Below, piece by piece: positions 35,539 to 45,483 of a stretch of DNA of 64,000 nt; position 1 is the first letter of the stretch, and each line of letters begins with the position of its first letter. The stretch lies in IMG/VR virus record IMGVR_UViG_3300031951_000003, positions 124,001 through 188,000 of that record; one strand, given 5' to 3'. The notes below the pieces were generated by a model. That model was not told the origin of the DNA, made no database searches, and saw only the letters and a program-made list of their open reading frames with translations. A program made the translations under genes and the position numbers.

Positions 35539-36283
35539 AAAAGTCGGGTTGTATTTTCCAATAACTCTCTTTTTGCTTTACAAGTTCACCATTTAATCTG
35601 TTTACACGAATCATCACCTGAGCATAAACATCATTTACTTTATCAATTTTTGTTTCAGGTATAATTTCAGTGTAAATGATATCTTCGATTACAGGAACAA
35701 ACCAATCTCTGTCAGATAAAATTGTATATAAAGTTCCCGCAACATCCTCTTTGATTTCGGGATTGGGAACAACTTTCACACCATCCAATACAAAATCTGA
35801 TAACTCCAATTTGATATGAAAATTAACGTTGTCATCATGAGAATTATAGGGAAATTTTTCCCAACTCATTCTACAATTCATATCGAGTGGTTTATCCCCT
35901 TCACCAAAGTCAACTGAAATACCAATTCTTGAAAACTTTTCATTACAAACTTGCATTATATTGATAAGGGAATCTTTTCTGATGTGTGTATAAGTTGATG
36001 GAAACAATTCCTGACCATTTATTGTAATTGTAATTGAGTAGGAATAAGTCTGCCCTAAAAATTTGAAAGATTCATATATTTGACTTTGGATTATATCATT
36101 CAGCACCGCAGCAATATAGGATTGTTTTGGTTCAGGAAGAAGAACATCAACCTTAAAGCTAAATGCGTTGGCAAAATCTTTTTCTATGTTGATATCAAAA
36201 TATTGAAAAATTAAACCGTATTCTTTGATTGGTTCTTTGAAAAATTTTTTCAAAAAATTTAACACCTTATAATTTTCACTCAT
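35522..36283 (-). CDS. Hypothetical protein
   Basis: 253-aa ORF. Confidence 0.65.
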   Translation of the reverse strand: MSENYKVLNFLKKFFKEPIKEYGLIFQYFDINIEKDFANAFSFKVDVLLPEPKQSYIAAVLNDIIQSQIYESFKFLGQTYSYSITITINGQELFPSTYTHIRKDSLINIMQVCNEKFSRIGISVDFGEGDKPLDMNCRMSWEKFPYNSHDDNVNFHIKLELSDFVLDGVKVVPNPEIKEDVAGTLYTILSDRDWFVPVIEDIIYTEIIPETKIDKVNDVYAQVMIRVNRLNGELVKQKESYWKIQPDFFIEIS

Positions 36284-36867
36284 TTTTCACTAAGAATTTT
36301 TTGAATTACCTTTTCTGCCTCGTTTGGACTCAAGTTATGTTTATGTTTATTCTCTTCAAACCATCTCCTAACTAAACTTTCATAATCATTTTTGGCTATT
36401 TTTGACCTTCTTTTAAATCCTTTTCTTTGGGCATCTAACTCATGTTGTTGAGTATAGTATTTTAAAGGTTTTTTAGGTTCACGTTTTGGGAACTCATAAC
36501 CACTTTCATGTTGTTTAACATGTTCTAACTCATGAGCAATCAATTCGTTTAACTCACCTATCAAATCATAAATTACACTTGTGTGGAATTTTGGATTGGA
36601 AACAATAGTAACGTGGATTAGGTCTTCATCTCTATAATAATCCGCATCCGCATCGAAACCCTCAACATTCTCATCGTCCTCTATTTCCAAAAAAACCTGG
36701 ATTGGATTTTGTAATTGTTTGAATTCGTATGCATGAAGATTTGAATTTAAGTCTTCGGGTAAACCAAACTCCCCTGTTTTGTTTGTTCTATAAATTGTGA
36801 TAATATCTCTTACAATCTGTCTTGTAACGCTATCCAATTTACCTTCATTAATATTATCTTTCATCAT
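36280..36867 (-). CDS. Putative zincin metallopeptidase
   Basis: IAHELEHVKQ...Y.....E.DA. Confidence 0.6.
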   Translation of the reverse strand: MMKDNINEGKLDSVTRQIVRDIITIYRTNKTGEFGLPEDLNSNLHAYEFKQLQNPIQVFLEIEDDENVEGFDADADYYRDEDLIHVTIVSNPKFHTSVIYDLIGELNELIAHELEHVKQHESGYEFPKREPKKPLKYYTQQHELDAQRKGFKRRSKIAKNDYESLVRRWFEENKHKHNLSPNEAEKVIQKILSEK

Positions 36868-37301
36868 TAATAAATACCACGGAAAGGGATTGATAAACCA
36901 ACACCATATCTCACACCTTTCATGTAATTAACACCCAAAGACAAGTCAATTCCTTTATTGGTCTTGGTAAGGATTCTTATGGGGTGAATTTTGAGCCAAA
37001 TATCAGGTTTGATTGATACACTATCGTAATAAGATTCACCGAAAATACCACCCATAATTGATATCTGATGATTTGTTAAACTTAGACCCACACGATTAAT
37101 TCGAGACATTGGGGTTGTATATATGTATGGTGCGGGGAAGGTCGCAACAAGATAACCACCAACATAGAATCCGACTCCGTTGAAATTATTGTGATAGGTC
37201 ACAACCAATGTTTTTTGGTCGGGAACATACATAACATCACTCGTTTGTCCTTTACATAGAATCGTGATAAATAAAAATATAGAAGTAATTATTGTTTTCA
37301 T
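36867..37301 (-). CDS. Secreted/outer-membrane beta-rich protein
   Basis: Signal peptide; alternating G/aromatic beta strands. Confidence 0.6.
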   Translation of the reverse strand: MKTIITSIFLFITILCKGQTSDVMYVPDQKTLVVTYHNNFNGVGFYVGGYLVATFPAPYIYTTPMSRINRVGLSLTNHQISIMGGIFGESYYDSVSIKPDIWLKIHPIRILTKTNKGIDLSLGVNYMKGVRYGVGLSIPFRGIY

Positions 37302-37394
37302 ACAACAAATATAATATCTTTGTAGAACATAACAAAATGTATTAGTTTTCCTAACTACTACATATAAAAATCGTAGGGGTAAAAAAAATTAAAT

Positions 37395-37482
37395 GGAAAG
37401 ATGGCAGAGCTGGTCGATTGCACCTGACTTGAAATCAGGAGAACGGGGAACTGTTCCGTGGGTTCGAATCCTACTCTTTCCG
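37395..37482 (+). tRNA. tRNA-Ser(TGA)
   Basis: Cloverleaf with long variable arm; loop CTTGAAA. Confidence 0.93.
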
Positions 37483-37487
37483 CACTT

Positions 37488-37645
37488 TGTAAGGTGGTGA
37501 AACGTCCCGCGGACTTGGCATACACACCCCCTCGTCTCGGGGGCGCTGAATTTGAGATAGGTGTTGGATATGGGTTGACCACAAAGCGCGCTAAATGTGT
37601 CCACCACCGAATCACAGCATGAAGGTTCGAATCCTTCCCTTACAG
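37488..37645 (+). ncRNA. Aberrant tRNA-like RNA (158 nt) with D-loop hairpin and giant variable arm
   Basis: Acceptor TGTAAGG/CCTTACA; T-arm GAAGG-TTCGAAT-CCTTC; anticodon-like arm CCCCC-TCGTCTC-GGGGG. Confidence 0.7.
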
Positions 37646-37647
37646 CA

Positions 37648-38220
37648 ATGGTTCATATAAAAAATAATTTTATCGATGAAACAGAAAATAACTTCCTGTT
37701 TTCCTTTCTTAATGAAAAAACCAACAAATCTTTTTCCACTGAGGAAAATTTTTATGAATGGTATGAAATTTCTAAAGATGATGATATTTTCAACTCTCCA
37801 CTTTTTTTGAGAATCTTCAACAGAAATCTTTTTTTTGTAAGAAATTCATATGGCACAAATTTAAAATTACATTACTGTGGATTTGCGAATCAAACAAGAG
37901 GTTTCGATTATCACGCAGATTCAGTTTGGCCAGAAATCCCTGAAAATAGAGTCATGGGTCTTCCATCCAAAGAAAATAACACATATTCAAACTATCAAGG
38001 AAATTGGATACCGAATTATGTTCCGAATAGAAAATACACTACTGTCTTATATCTGAACGAAGGTTTTGATGGTGGTGAAACTCATTTCCCTGTTTTAGAC
38101 ATTTTAGTTAAACCTGAAAAAAATAAAATTCTTGGATTTGGTTGCGATGAGAAATTTGTTCATGGTGTTATGCCAACCACAAATGGGGTGAGAAAAGCGT
38201 TTATCTGCTGGTTTGAATAA
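37648..38220 (+). CDS. 2OG-Fe(II) oxygenase (prolyl-hydroxylase-like)
   Basis: YHAD, RKYTTVLYLN..F.GGET.F, HGV.P...G.R. Confidence 0.82.
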   Translation: MVHIKNNFIDETENNFLFSFLNEKTNKSFSTEENFYEWYEISKDDDIFNSPLFLRIFNRNLFFVRNSYGTNLKLHYCGFANQTRGFDYHADSVWPEIPENRVMGLPSKENNTYSNYQGNWIPNYVPNRKYTTVLYLNEGFDGGETHFPVLDILVKPEKNKILGFGCDEKFVHGVMPTTNGVRKAFICWFE

Positions 38221-38270
38221 TTCATTTGACATCAAGTTTTATTTTTCATAATTTTTACAAAAAAGAAGTC

Positions 38271-39260
38271 ATGTCTCGATTAGATGAATTAAAAAAACAA
38301 TACCCTGAACTCAACGTTAGTTTATTCGATGTCTTAATTAAATTGGACTCGTCAAAGTCATACAAATACCTACCCCTCCTTTGTAAAATTTTCGGGAAAA
38401 GGTTCAATATGAAAAAAGAATTTAGTGAAAATTTTTCAGAAATTAAACTTGAGGCTGAAATTTCTTTAATTAATAAAGGAATTTCGACCAACAATTTGTC
38501 GGACAATGAACTATACGTTTTTCATACTTTGAGTGAATTTTTTTCTCAAGATTATTTTTTCACCATGAAAGAATTCATTCATTACATGGATAAAAATCAG
38601 ATTGAAAATAACGATGTAACATCTTATTCCACAATTGATGAATTGAGGGGTGCTATTACCTTGGCTTCTATTAAAGAATGGAATAAAGAACTCGAGGGTC
38701 AGGTCATATCCGAATATGAGGATAATATTTGGGTATGTGTGAGGCCATTAACATTCTCATCATCAACAAAATATGGTGCAGGGACAAGATGGTGCACAAC
38801 TTATCAAAAAGAAAAAAATTATTTTGAAAAGTATTGGAGACAAGGTATTCTTGTTTATTTTATCAACAAAAAAACGGGATATAAGTTTGCAGGATATAGA
38901 GATTTACAAAATAAAGAAATGAGTTTTTGGAATGCCGCAGACAATCGTGTTGATTACTTAGATTTAGAAATCGATGATTATATGTTTTCTCATGTTAGGA
39001 AAATATTTTCATCCGATATGAGTAATAAGAATCTATCTTCAGATGAAATCCAAGAGCAAGTTCACAAAGAATGTATTGATGAATATGCCAAAGTAATGCC
39101 AATTTCAATTGAGGAACCTGAACCAGCTTACGTTGAAGATGTTCCAAGACTTGAAAGATTAATTTCACAGGAAACGGATGTAATGGTTATGGCAAGATTA
39201 CGAGAAGCCGCTCGGGAATATGAACAAATGATAATCCCTAATGAAATTGGAATAGCTTAA
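38271..39260 (+). CDS. Hypothetical phage protein with KYGxxTxWCTT domain
   Basis: YEDNIWVCVRP...KYGAGTRWCTT...YFINKK; paralog of 5781-7262. Confidence 0.75.
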   Translation: MSRLDELKKQYPELNVSLFDVLIKLDSSKSYKYLPLLCKIFGKRFNMKKEFSENFSEIKLEAEISLINKGISTNNLSDNELYVFHTLSEFFSQDYFFTMKEFIHYMDKNQIENNDVTSYSTIDELRGAITLASIKEWNKELEGQVISEYEDNIWVCVRPLTFSSSTKYGAGTRWCTTYQKEKNYFEKYWRQGILVYFINKKTGYKFAGYRDLQNKEMSFWNAADNRVDYLDLEIDDYMFSHVRKIFSSDMSNKNLSSDEIQEQVHKECIDEYAKVMPISIEEPEPAYVEDVPRLERLISQETDVMVMARLREAAREYEQMIIPNEIGIA

Positions 39261-39318
39261 AATTAAGACCCACATAACTGTGGGTTTTTTAATACTCCAT
39301 TCATGGTATTTATAACAT

Positions 39319-40086
39319 ATGTCATTACTCAACGAAATATTGGACAAATACAACGTAAGTGAAAAAAATGGTTCGCTTGGTAATTTAAAAGCGTTGGAAA
39401 AAACAATCGATGAACTTTCAAAATTGGATAAAGTTCTACTATTACCTTGTTCGAATCGTTATAATTGGGATTTAAATAAAATGGATATACCCAAATCTAC
39501 AATCTTAGCAATGGTGATTGATGAATACTTGGGTGAAAAGTCTGTTTTGATTGATGTTCCTGAATTGAAAATTTATCCCTGTGAAGGGAATGTTTCGAGA
39601 GCCGAGGGAAACTCATGTGGACTTAAGAAAGCCAAATTGAACGACAAAACAAAAAATCCTTCAGGAGAGCACAGATGTTGGGCTAGTTTGAATAACAAAG
39701 ACGATGAACTTTGGAAAATATCTAAAGAACTCCTTGAATCTGATGCTGTAATATTTTTCTCATCTGTGAGGTGGGGTCAGGCAAATATGTTTTATCAAAA
39801 ACTTATTGAGAGATTGACTTGGTTAGAAAATAGACATACAACATTAGGAGAATCAAATATAATAAAAGATATTCAGAGCGGTTTCATATGTGTTGGTCAA
39901 AACTGGAAAGGTATTGATGTTGTCGACACTCAAAAAAGAGTTCACTTCTATTACGGATTCAGACCGAACGACACTTTCTATTGGAATTGGCAATTTACGA
40001 ACAAGATTTCGGATGAGACACAAACATCTTATAAGGAGGCTTTCCCTAAGTTTGTTGAAAAATTCGATATAAGAGATTTAATTTAG
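39319..40086 (+). CDS. Flavodoxin-like / NADPH-dependent FMN reductase family protein
   Basis: L.IYPCEG.VS...C...CW..DDE...I...LLESDAVIF.S.VRWG...QKLIERL. Confidence 0.75.
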   Translation: MSLLNEILDKYNVSEKNGSLGNLKALEKTIDELSKLDKVLLLPCSNRYNWDLNKMDIPKSTILAMVIDEYLGEKSVLIDVPELKIYPCEGNVSRAEGNSCGLKKAKLNDKTKNPSGEHRCWASLNNKDDELWKISKELLESDAVIFFSSVRWGQANMFYQKLIERLTWLENRHTTLGESNIIKDIQSGFICVGQNWKGIDVVDTQKRVHFYYGFRPNDTFYWNWQFTNKISDETQTSYKEAFPKFVEKFDIRDLI

Positions 40087-40653
40087 TCCCTTAATAATTT
40101 TTTCTATATTTTTCCAGTTTCTCGAGATTTGATTTTGGGTTTTACCTTCAGTCATTATCAGTGTGACATCATCATACCTGTCAACCGGTATTTCATGTTT
40201 TAACTTGTGATATAAATTTTGGTTATCAACAAAACCTAACACCCCTTTTCTTTGGTATTTTCTTAATTCTTCTAAAAAATCATTTTTCTTCAAAGGGAGT
40301 TTGTAAGTCGGGTTATGATAGAAGAATTTCTTATTTGTTTCAGGATTCATCAATTCTACACCACTTCCCCTGATTTCTTTAGAGGTTTTAGCTAATTTGT
40401 CGTAAACATCACTGTAGTGGTTGTCATCTTTGATGTGTCCTGAACACGATGGAGTTGTCGGAATATTTTTCGAATGTAGATGAATGACAAGATTTTTTAA
40501 ATCATCGTCCAACGTGGAATAAAAGTTTTTGTTTTTCGGTATTTTGTATTCTCTTGGTGCCTCATAGAAAAAAAACCAAGGACATTGTTCTGTTTTTAAC
40601 CAAAATCCTTTGTGAAACTTTTCATGGGGTATCAAATCGGATTGTAATTTCAT
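40078..40653 (-). CDS. Hypothetical protein with T.SCSGH motif
   Basis: IPTTPSCSGH. Confidence 0.6.
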   Translation of the reverse strand: MKLQSDLIPHEKFHKGFWLKTEQCPWFFFYEAPREYKIPKNKNFYSTLDDDLKNLVIHLHSKNIPTTPSCSGHIKDDNHYSDVYDKLAKTSKEIRGSGVELMNPETNKKFFYHNPTYKLPLKKNDFLEELRKYQRKGVLGFVDNQNLYHKLKHEIPVDRYDDVTLIMTEGKTQNQISRNWKNIEKIIKGLN

Positions 40654-40946
40654 GATTCAATTTCTTCTATTTCCACCACTAAAGGTCTGTTACCTTTTAT
40701 AACTCTATGCCAAACTAATTTAGGGATGTAAAATTGTTTGGCATCCTCTAACTTAGTTGGCAAACAATCTTCAATTTGAAATTCCCATCCACCTCCTTCA
40801 ACAACAGTAACTTTTCTATCCTTAAGGTCTTGATGCCATTTTAGTTCTTCTGAATCAACATCAATATTGAAAACCCTTCGAATTTTACCATCGATAAATT
40901 CTTGTTCAAATGGAAAATTTGTTATTTCCTCTGACTTAATTACCAT
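40650..40946 (-). CDS. Small cupin-like phage protein
   Basis: ELKWHQD..DR.V...W.FQ...IPK..WHRVIKG. Confidence 0.7.
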   Translation of the reverse strand: MVIKSEEITNFPFEQEFIDGKIRRVFNIDVDSEELKWHQDLKDRKVTVVEGGGWEFQIEDCLPTKLEDAKQFYIPKLVWHRVIKGNRPLVVEIEEIES

Positions 40947-41557
40947 GAGTTTGAAGATGAAAGTCCGAGTTGTTTAGCATATCTCCCCACATTACAGGAC
41001 CAATATCCTGCTGTAGTTCTATCTTTCTTTTGGTCACATCTGTGTCTGGCTCTAAAAGATTTAGCCGCCCCTTTATTTCTATTTCTAACTTTCAAATTAG
41101 GGTCACCAAAAGTAACCTTTTTTACTCCACCACCTTTAGATTTTACATATACTGCAAACTTCTTTGGTCCACCTGGTGTTCGGAATGGTTTACCTAATTT
41201 AACGTTTTTTCCTCTATGTTTAGCCTCTCCCAAAACTTCCTCATCATCTAACTCAAATGGGGCATCTAAATAAACAATCTGTTCACCAATCTGAACTCTC
41301 TTACCCAAATCAGATTCAACCATCATAGTATCTTCTTCATTTAATCTAATCTTACCTTGTTTCCATAAATTTCTCACTTCATTTACCAAATCAAAATATC
41401 CCTCCGAATAAACTCTAAAAATATTGTTGGTAAGGGATAATTTATTTTCTATATGATATTTTAGTGCTTCTGAAATTTTAACTTCTTCCCTTAGGATTAG
41501 TGTTTTTTCTAATTCTGCATTCAATGTTTCAGAAATTATTTTTCTTAGGTTTTTCAT
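40940..41557 (-). CDS. Basic conserved phage protein (DUF6321-like C-domain)
   Basis: KKFAVYVK...VKKVTFGDP...SFRARHRC...AGYWSC. Confidence 0.7.
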   Translation of the reverse strand: MKNLRKIISETLNAELEKTLILREEVKISEALKYHIENKLSLTNNIFRVYSEGYFDLVNEVRNLWKQGKIRLNEEDTMMVESDLGKRVQIGEQIVYLDAPFELDDEEVLGEAKHRGKNVKLGKPFRTPGGPKKFAVYVKSKGGGVKKVTFGDPNLKVRNRNKGAAKSFRARHRCDQKKDRTTAGYWSCNVGRYAKQLGLSSSNSW

Positions 41558-41559
41558 AA

Positions 41560-42666
41560 TTAAGAATTTGGTTTTAGAACTGCCAACACTTCAGGAAATT
41601 CTTTATCAAGAACTTTTTCATTTTTCCCTTCGTATGGTATGTTTTGTAGAACATATCTAATGGCATTTAATCCAGACACTCTTTTGTCTTCAGCATCAAT
41701 TATAACCCAAGGGTGATTAAGTGTGGATGTTTTATCGAACAATTTTTCTTTGAACTCTGTGAATCTATCCCACAAGTCTTGCATTTTTGAGTCGTTAGGT
41801 GAGTATTTCCAATATTTGAGAGGAGATTGTTGTCTCATTTTGAATCTTCTTGCTTGAGTGTCTTTGTCGATTGAAAACCAAAGTTTGAATAAATAATCTC
41901 CGTCTTTTACCAAATCATTCTCAAAATCGGCTACATTCTCCATAAAATCTTCATACTCTTCAGGGTTTCCATATCCCATAACAGGTTCTATTAATCCTCT
42001 ATTATACCAACTTCTGTCAAACAAGTTAATCATTCCTGGTCTGATTTGTTTTCTGTAACGATTCCACCAATCCTTTCTATCTTCAGGTGTCGGAACTCCT
42101 AAAGCAATTACATTATAGTATCTTGGATTTAAATTTTCGACAAATTTTTTGATTGTTGCACCTTTACCTGCGGAATCTCTACCTTCGAAAACTATAATCA
42201 CTGTCTTTCCTGTGTGTTTCAACCATTCCTGTAGTTTCAATAATTCAACTTGTAATTCATAAAGCTCCTTCCTGAAAACCTTTTTTGGTATAATTGAAGG
42301 CTCTTCAATTTCGAACTCATAGTCTTCACTTTCAGGTTCTATGCCATATCCACTTCTATCTCTGTATCTGAGAGATGAGATTATTTTACCGAGGTAGTCC
42401 TCAACATTTTTTTTCTTGTCCCCTTTTTTCAACAAAACTTTTCTTAGTCCACGATTCATCATATCAAAATCAATAATTTGTTTGGTCGCAAATTTTGATA
42501 TATCAATTAACATTCTTACAACTTTCGGGCTAAATAATTTCAAAAATTGGAGTGTCTCCACGAATGATTTCAGGTTCACATTCATCTTTGCTCCCTCCAA
42601 TGAATTTTCTTCATTTACAACACCCATCAAAGATTTAAACCTATCTATTTCTGACAATAATTTCAT
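41560..42666 (-). CDS. ppk2: Polyphosphate kinase 2 with ~125-aa N-terminal extension
   Basis: LQVELLKLQ, FEGRDSAGKG, FDRSWYNR, K.WK.SP.D, PWVII...DKR. Confidence 0.93.
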   Translation of the reverse strand: MKLLSEIDRFKSLMGVVNEENSLEGAKMNVNLKSFVETLQFLKLFSPKVVRMLIDISKFATKQIIDFDMMNRGLRKVLLKKGDKKKNVEDYLGKIISSLRYRDRSGYGIEPESEDYEFEIEEPSIIPKKVFRKELYELQVELLKLQEWLKHTGKTVIIVFEGRDSAGKGATIKKFVENLNPRYYNVIALGVPTPEDRKDWWNRYRKQIRPGMINLFDRSWYNRGLIEPVMGYGNPEEYEDFMENVADFENDLVKDGDYLFKLWFSIDKDTQARRFKMRQQSPLKYWKYSPNDSKMQDLWDRFTEFKEKLFDKTSTLNHPWVIIDAEDKRVSGLNAIRYVLQNIPYEGKNEKVLDKEFPEVLAVLKPNS

Positions 42667-42736
42667 GTAAAGTTTATTATAAATACTCCATAAGATGTAG
42701 TTTGAAAGTATTTATTGATACCAAGATACTATCGAT

Positions 42737-43237
42737 ATGAAATTATTATTCTCTTTCATATTAGCAACATTTTTGCTAATCCCTGGCCACCACAAAATTC
42801 AAGAACCTAAAAAGGTATTTTTATTACCAATCGAAAATAAAATTGTCATAGGTCCGATGGCAAAAAATCGTAACCTGACGTTTGGTGTTAAAAATATAGT
42901 CTTAGAAAATCTCCAAGAATTAAATTACACCCTCTCAGATTCATTACATAAATCAGACTTTTCTTTGAAGATAGAAATTGTTTATTTCGACATTATGCAA
43001 ACAAATACGGGAATATCTGTGTTCCATAAAAACGATAATGAAACAATCCTTAGAATTAAAGGAACATTGTATAATCAATCAGGTAAAAAATTAAACGATT
43101 ACCTATCTACAGGAAAATCCTCGGAAATCTCTATGTCTACACTGATAATTTCAGAAGGGGGTTCAATAAATCAGCAGTCCGTTTCGAATGTTATAAAAAA
43201 GTCCTCAGAGACATTAATTTTAAATCTTTTCAAGTAA
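42737..43237 (+). CDS. Secreted protein, first gene of surface operon
   Basis: Signal peptide; alpha/beta pattern. Confidence 0.65.
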   Translation: MKLLFSFILATFLLIPGHHKIQEPKKVFLLPIENKIVIGPMAKNRNLTFGVKNIVLENLQELNYTLSDSLHKSDFSLKIEIVYFDIMQTNTGISVFHKNDNETILRIKGTLYNQSGKKLNDYLSTGKSSEISMSTLIISEGGSINQQSVSNVIKKSSETLILNLFK

Positions 43238-43238
43238 A

Positions 43239-45146
43239 ATGAAAAAAACCCTTTTGGGGTTGTTACTATTAATAAGTGGTATTAATGGTTACGCACAAAC
43301 CCCAGAAATAGGGCATTTTCAACAACTCGCTACAGTGCGAAGAGGAGACACATTGGATGTTGCATGGTATTACAAACCAGCACAAGGTGTAGACATCCGT
43401 GGTTTCCAAGTCGATTGGCAGTTTAAGAAAACCCTATTTACCCACATTTCAACCACGGTGGATGCTTCAGTGAATAGCAATACACCTGTTGTTGATTATA
43501 AATCATGGGAAAGCTTCAAGTTCGATTCCTACTCCAATGGGAATTACAACTATACAGCTGACGCAGATTGGACCATCGGAAGAAACTATTTGATTTTATC
43601 AAATGGTAATTCCGTAAGTTCAAATGGTTATATAATTCACAACAAATACAAAATTAATAACGTAGGTCCGAACTACGTTTCAGATTCCATAACCTTAAAT
43701 TGGGCTAGGATGATAAAATTAGATGGGACATCAATAGGTGATAACGTAGCAACACTATCATATAAAAAATTAGCAGTTAAACTTCTTGGTAACTTAACAA
43801 TCTCTGGAAAAGTCTTTTTACCTAGCTCAGTGACTTCATCAGGTTTATTACCAACAATCAATTGTTATGATTTCAATACAAATCAACTAATTTCCTCTAC
43901 AGTTCCTAATTCATCTACAGGTAATTACACTTTAACAAATATTGATGAAAATAAGAAATACAAGATTGAGTTGAAATTCCCACAAGATAGTTTGGCTTCT
44001 TTGAGAGATAGAGCTGTTACAATTTCAGATGCGGTAAAAACATATAATGAATTCACTTCAACAGATGTAAATCAAGTTTATGGTCGACAGTTTTTAAGAC
44101 ATCCTCTTTCATATTTGATAGCAGATTTGAATTTGACAGGAACTTTGGATGCTGGAGACCCATATGGAATTTACGCATCAGTATCAGGTCTTAGACCAAT
44201 TGATTTAACAAAATTGATTAATGTTTTCAAAAAGAGTGAGTATGATAGTTTAGTTACAGTATCCTCTACATGGTCAACTTGGAGCTCATACTCTAATCGA
44301 GGTATAATAGTTACAGATTCTGTTGGACTGACAAATCTTACGTTAGATTTGAAATACTTCATACTAGGAGACGTTGATAGAACTCACTCTTCTCCAGTGT
44401 TTGATGCACAAGGTGGTGAAATTATGGCTGCAAATTTCTCAGGAAATTTCAATATTGATATACCAAATCAATATGTTGTTGGTCAACCAATGTATGTTCC
44501 ATTCAATATTCAAACAAATGGATTACAAAACACAGGTCTACAGTTCGAAATGTCTTACGATATCAACAAGGTTAAATTTGAAGAAATACAATCCAATTTG
44601 GGTGGCCCGTGGTTACAATATGTGAATCACGACCCTCAAAAAGGAATAATCCGTTTCGGTGGAATGAATAATCAAAAAACGGGGGCACTGATTGGAGCGG
44701 TGACCCCGTTTAAATTAAAATTTACCGCTGTCAATCCAAGTGAGGATATCGCCACATCAGTTTATGTAAGAAAATTAATGGATGCGTCGCATTCGAATGG
44801 TGACCACTTCAACATAACACTAAATTCAAGTGTAACAGTCCTTACATATAGAGCCATGATGGTTGTAACACCGTCAGAAACAGACAAAATCACGTTTAGA
44901 CTTTTTCCAAATCCAACAGAGAGTTCGATTAACTTAGAAATAAATTTACCAAAACAAACAGTGGTCAATGCATCTATTTATGATATAGGTGGTAAAGAAA
45001 TACTTAATTTAGGTAAAATCCAATCTAATGATGTTGACGTGAAAATAATTAAAAGATTGAACGTTCAAGGTTTAGCCAATGGAGTTTATCAATTAGTAAT
45101 TTTTGACTCCAAGAATAAAACAACTAAACAATTTATAAAAATTTAA
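43239..45146 (+). CDS. Secreted multidomain protein with dockerin-like and cohesin-like domains and T9SS C-terminal sorting domain
   Basis: ADLNLTGTLDAGD; GLQFEMSYD...IRFGG..FKLKF; FPNPT...IYDIGGK...LANGVY...TKQFIK. Confidence 0.78.
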   Translation: MKKTLLGLLLLISGINGYAQTPEIGHFQQLATVRRGDTLDVAWYYKPAQGVDIRGFQVDWQFKKTLFTHISTTVDASVNSNTPVVDYKSWESFKFDSYSNGNYNYTADADWTIGRNYLILSNGNSVSSNGYIIHNKYKINNVGPNYVSDSITLNWARMIKLDGTSIGDNVATLSYKKLAVKLLGNLTISGKVFLPSSVTSSGLLPTINCYDFNTNQLISSTVPNSSTGNYTLTNIDENKKYKIELKFPQDSLASLRDRAVTISDAVKTYNEFTSTDVNQVYGRQFLRHPLSYLIADLNLTGTLDAGDPYGIYASVSGLRPIDLTKLINVFKKSEYDSLVTVSSTWSTWSSYSNRGIIVTDSVGLTNLTLDLKYFILGDVDRTHSSPVFDAQGGEIMAANFSGNFNIDIPNQYVVGQPMYVPFNIQTNGLQNTGLQFEMSYDINKVKFEEIQSNLGGPWLQYVNHDPQKGIIRFGGMNNQKTGALIGAVTPFKLKFTAVNPSEDIATSVYVRKLMDASHSNGDHFNITLNSSVTVLTYRAMMVVTPSETDKITFRLFPNPTESSINLEINLPKQTVVNASIYDIGGKEILNLGKIQSNDVDVKIIKRLNVQGLANGVYQLVIFDSKNKTTKQFIKI

Positions 45147-45150
45147 AAAA

Positions 45151-45480
45151 ATGTCAGAAGAACAAACACAAGAGCATAATGACGGAACATGGTCAGGTCT
45201 TAAAAAAACAATCGTAGGAACATTAGGAACAGTAGTTGCTGGGGGAGGTGTGTGGTTAAGCACATTATTATTTGGTGGAAATTCGGATGAGGGCTCTCAA
45301 CAACCTCAACCTGCAACACCAAACATTATCATCAACAACACTCAACAACAGCAACAAGCACCAGCTGGTAAGACAGTAGTCATAAAAGAAGTAAGTCCTT
45401 CATCTTCACCTGCTCAACCAAAAAAGGAAGAGCCGAAACCAAAAAAAGATGACTGGACTAAAGAAGACCCAAAATGGTAA
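45151..45480 (+). CDS. Single-TM protein with Q/P-rich tail
   Basis: TM helix then QQPQPATPNIIINNTQQQQ. Confidence 0.65.
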   Translation: MSEEQTQEHNDGTWSGLKKTIVGTLGTVVAGGGVWLSTLLFGGNSDEGSQQPQPATPNIIINNTQQQQQAPAGKTVVIKEVSPSSSPAQPKKEEPKPKKDDWTKEDPKW

Positions 45481-45483
45481 TTT

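Noticed and set aside
37358-37615. Minus-strand ORFs of 85 and 72 aa, and the N-terminal extension of 37597-38220
   Set aside because: They overlap tRNA-Ser and the tRNA-like RNA.
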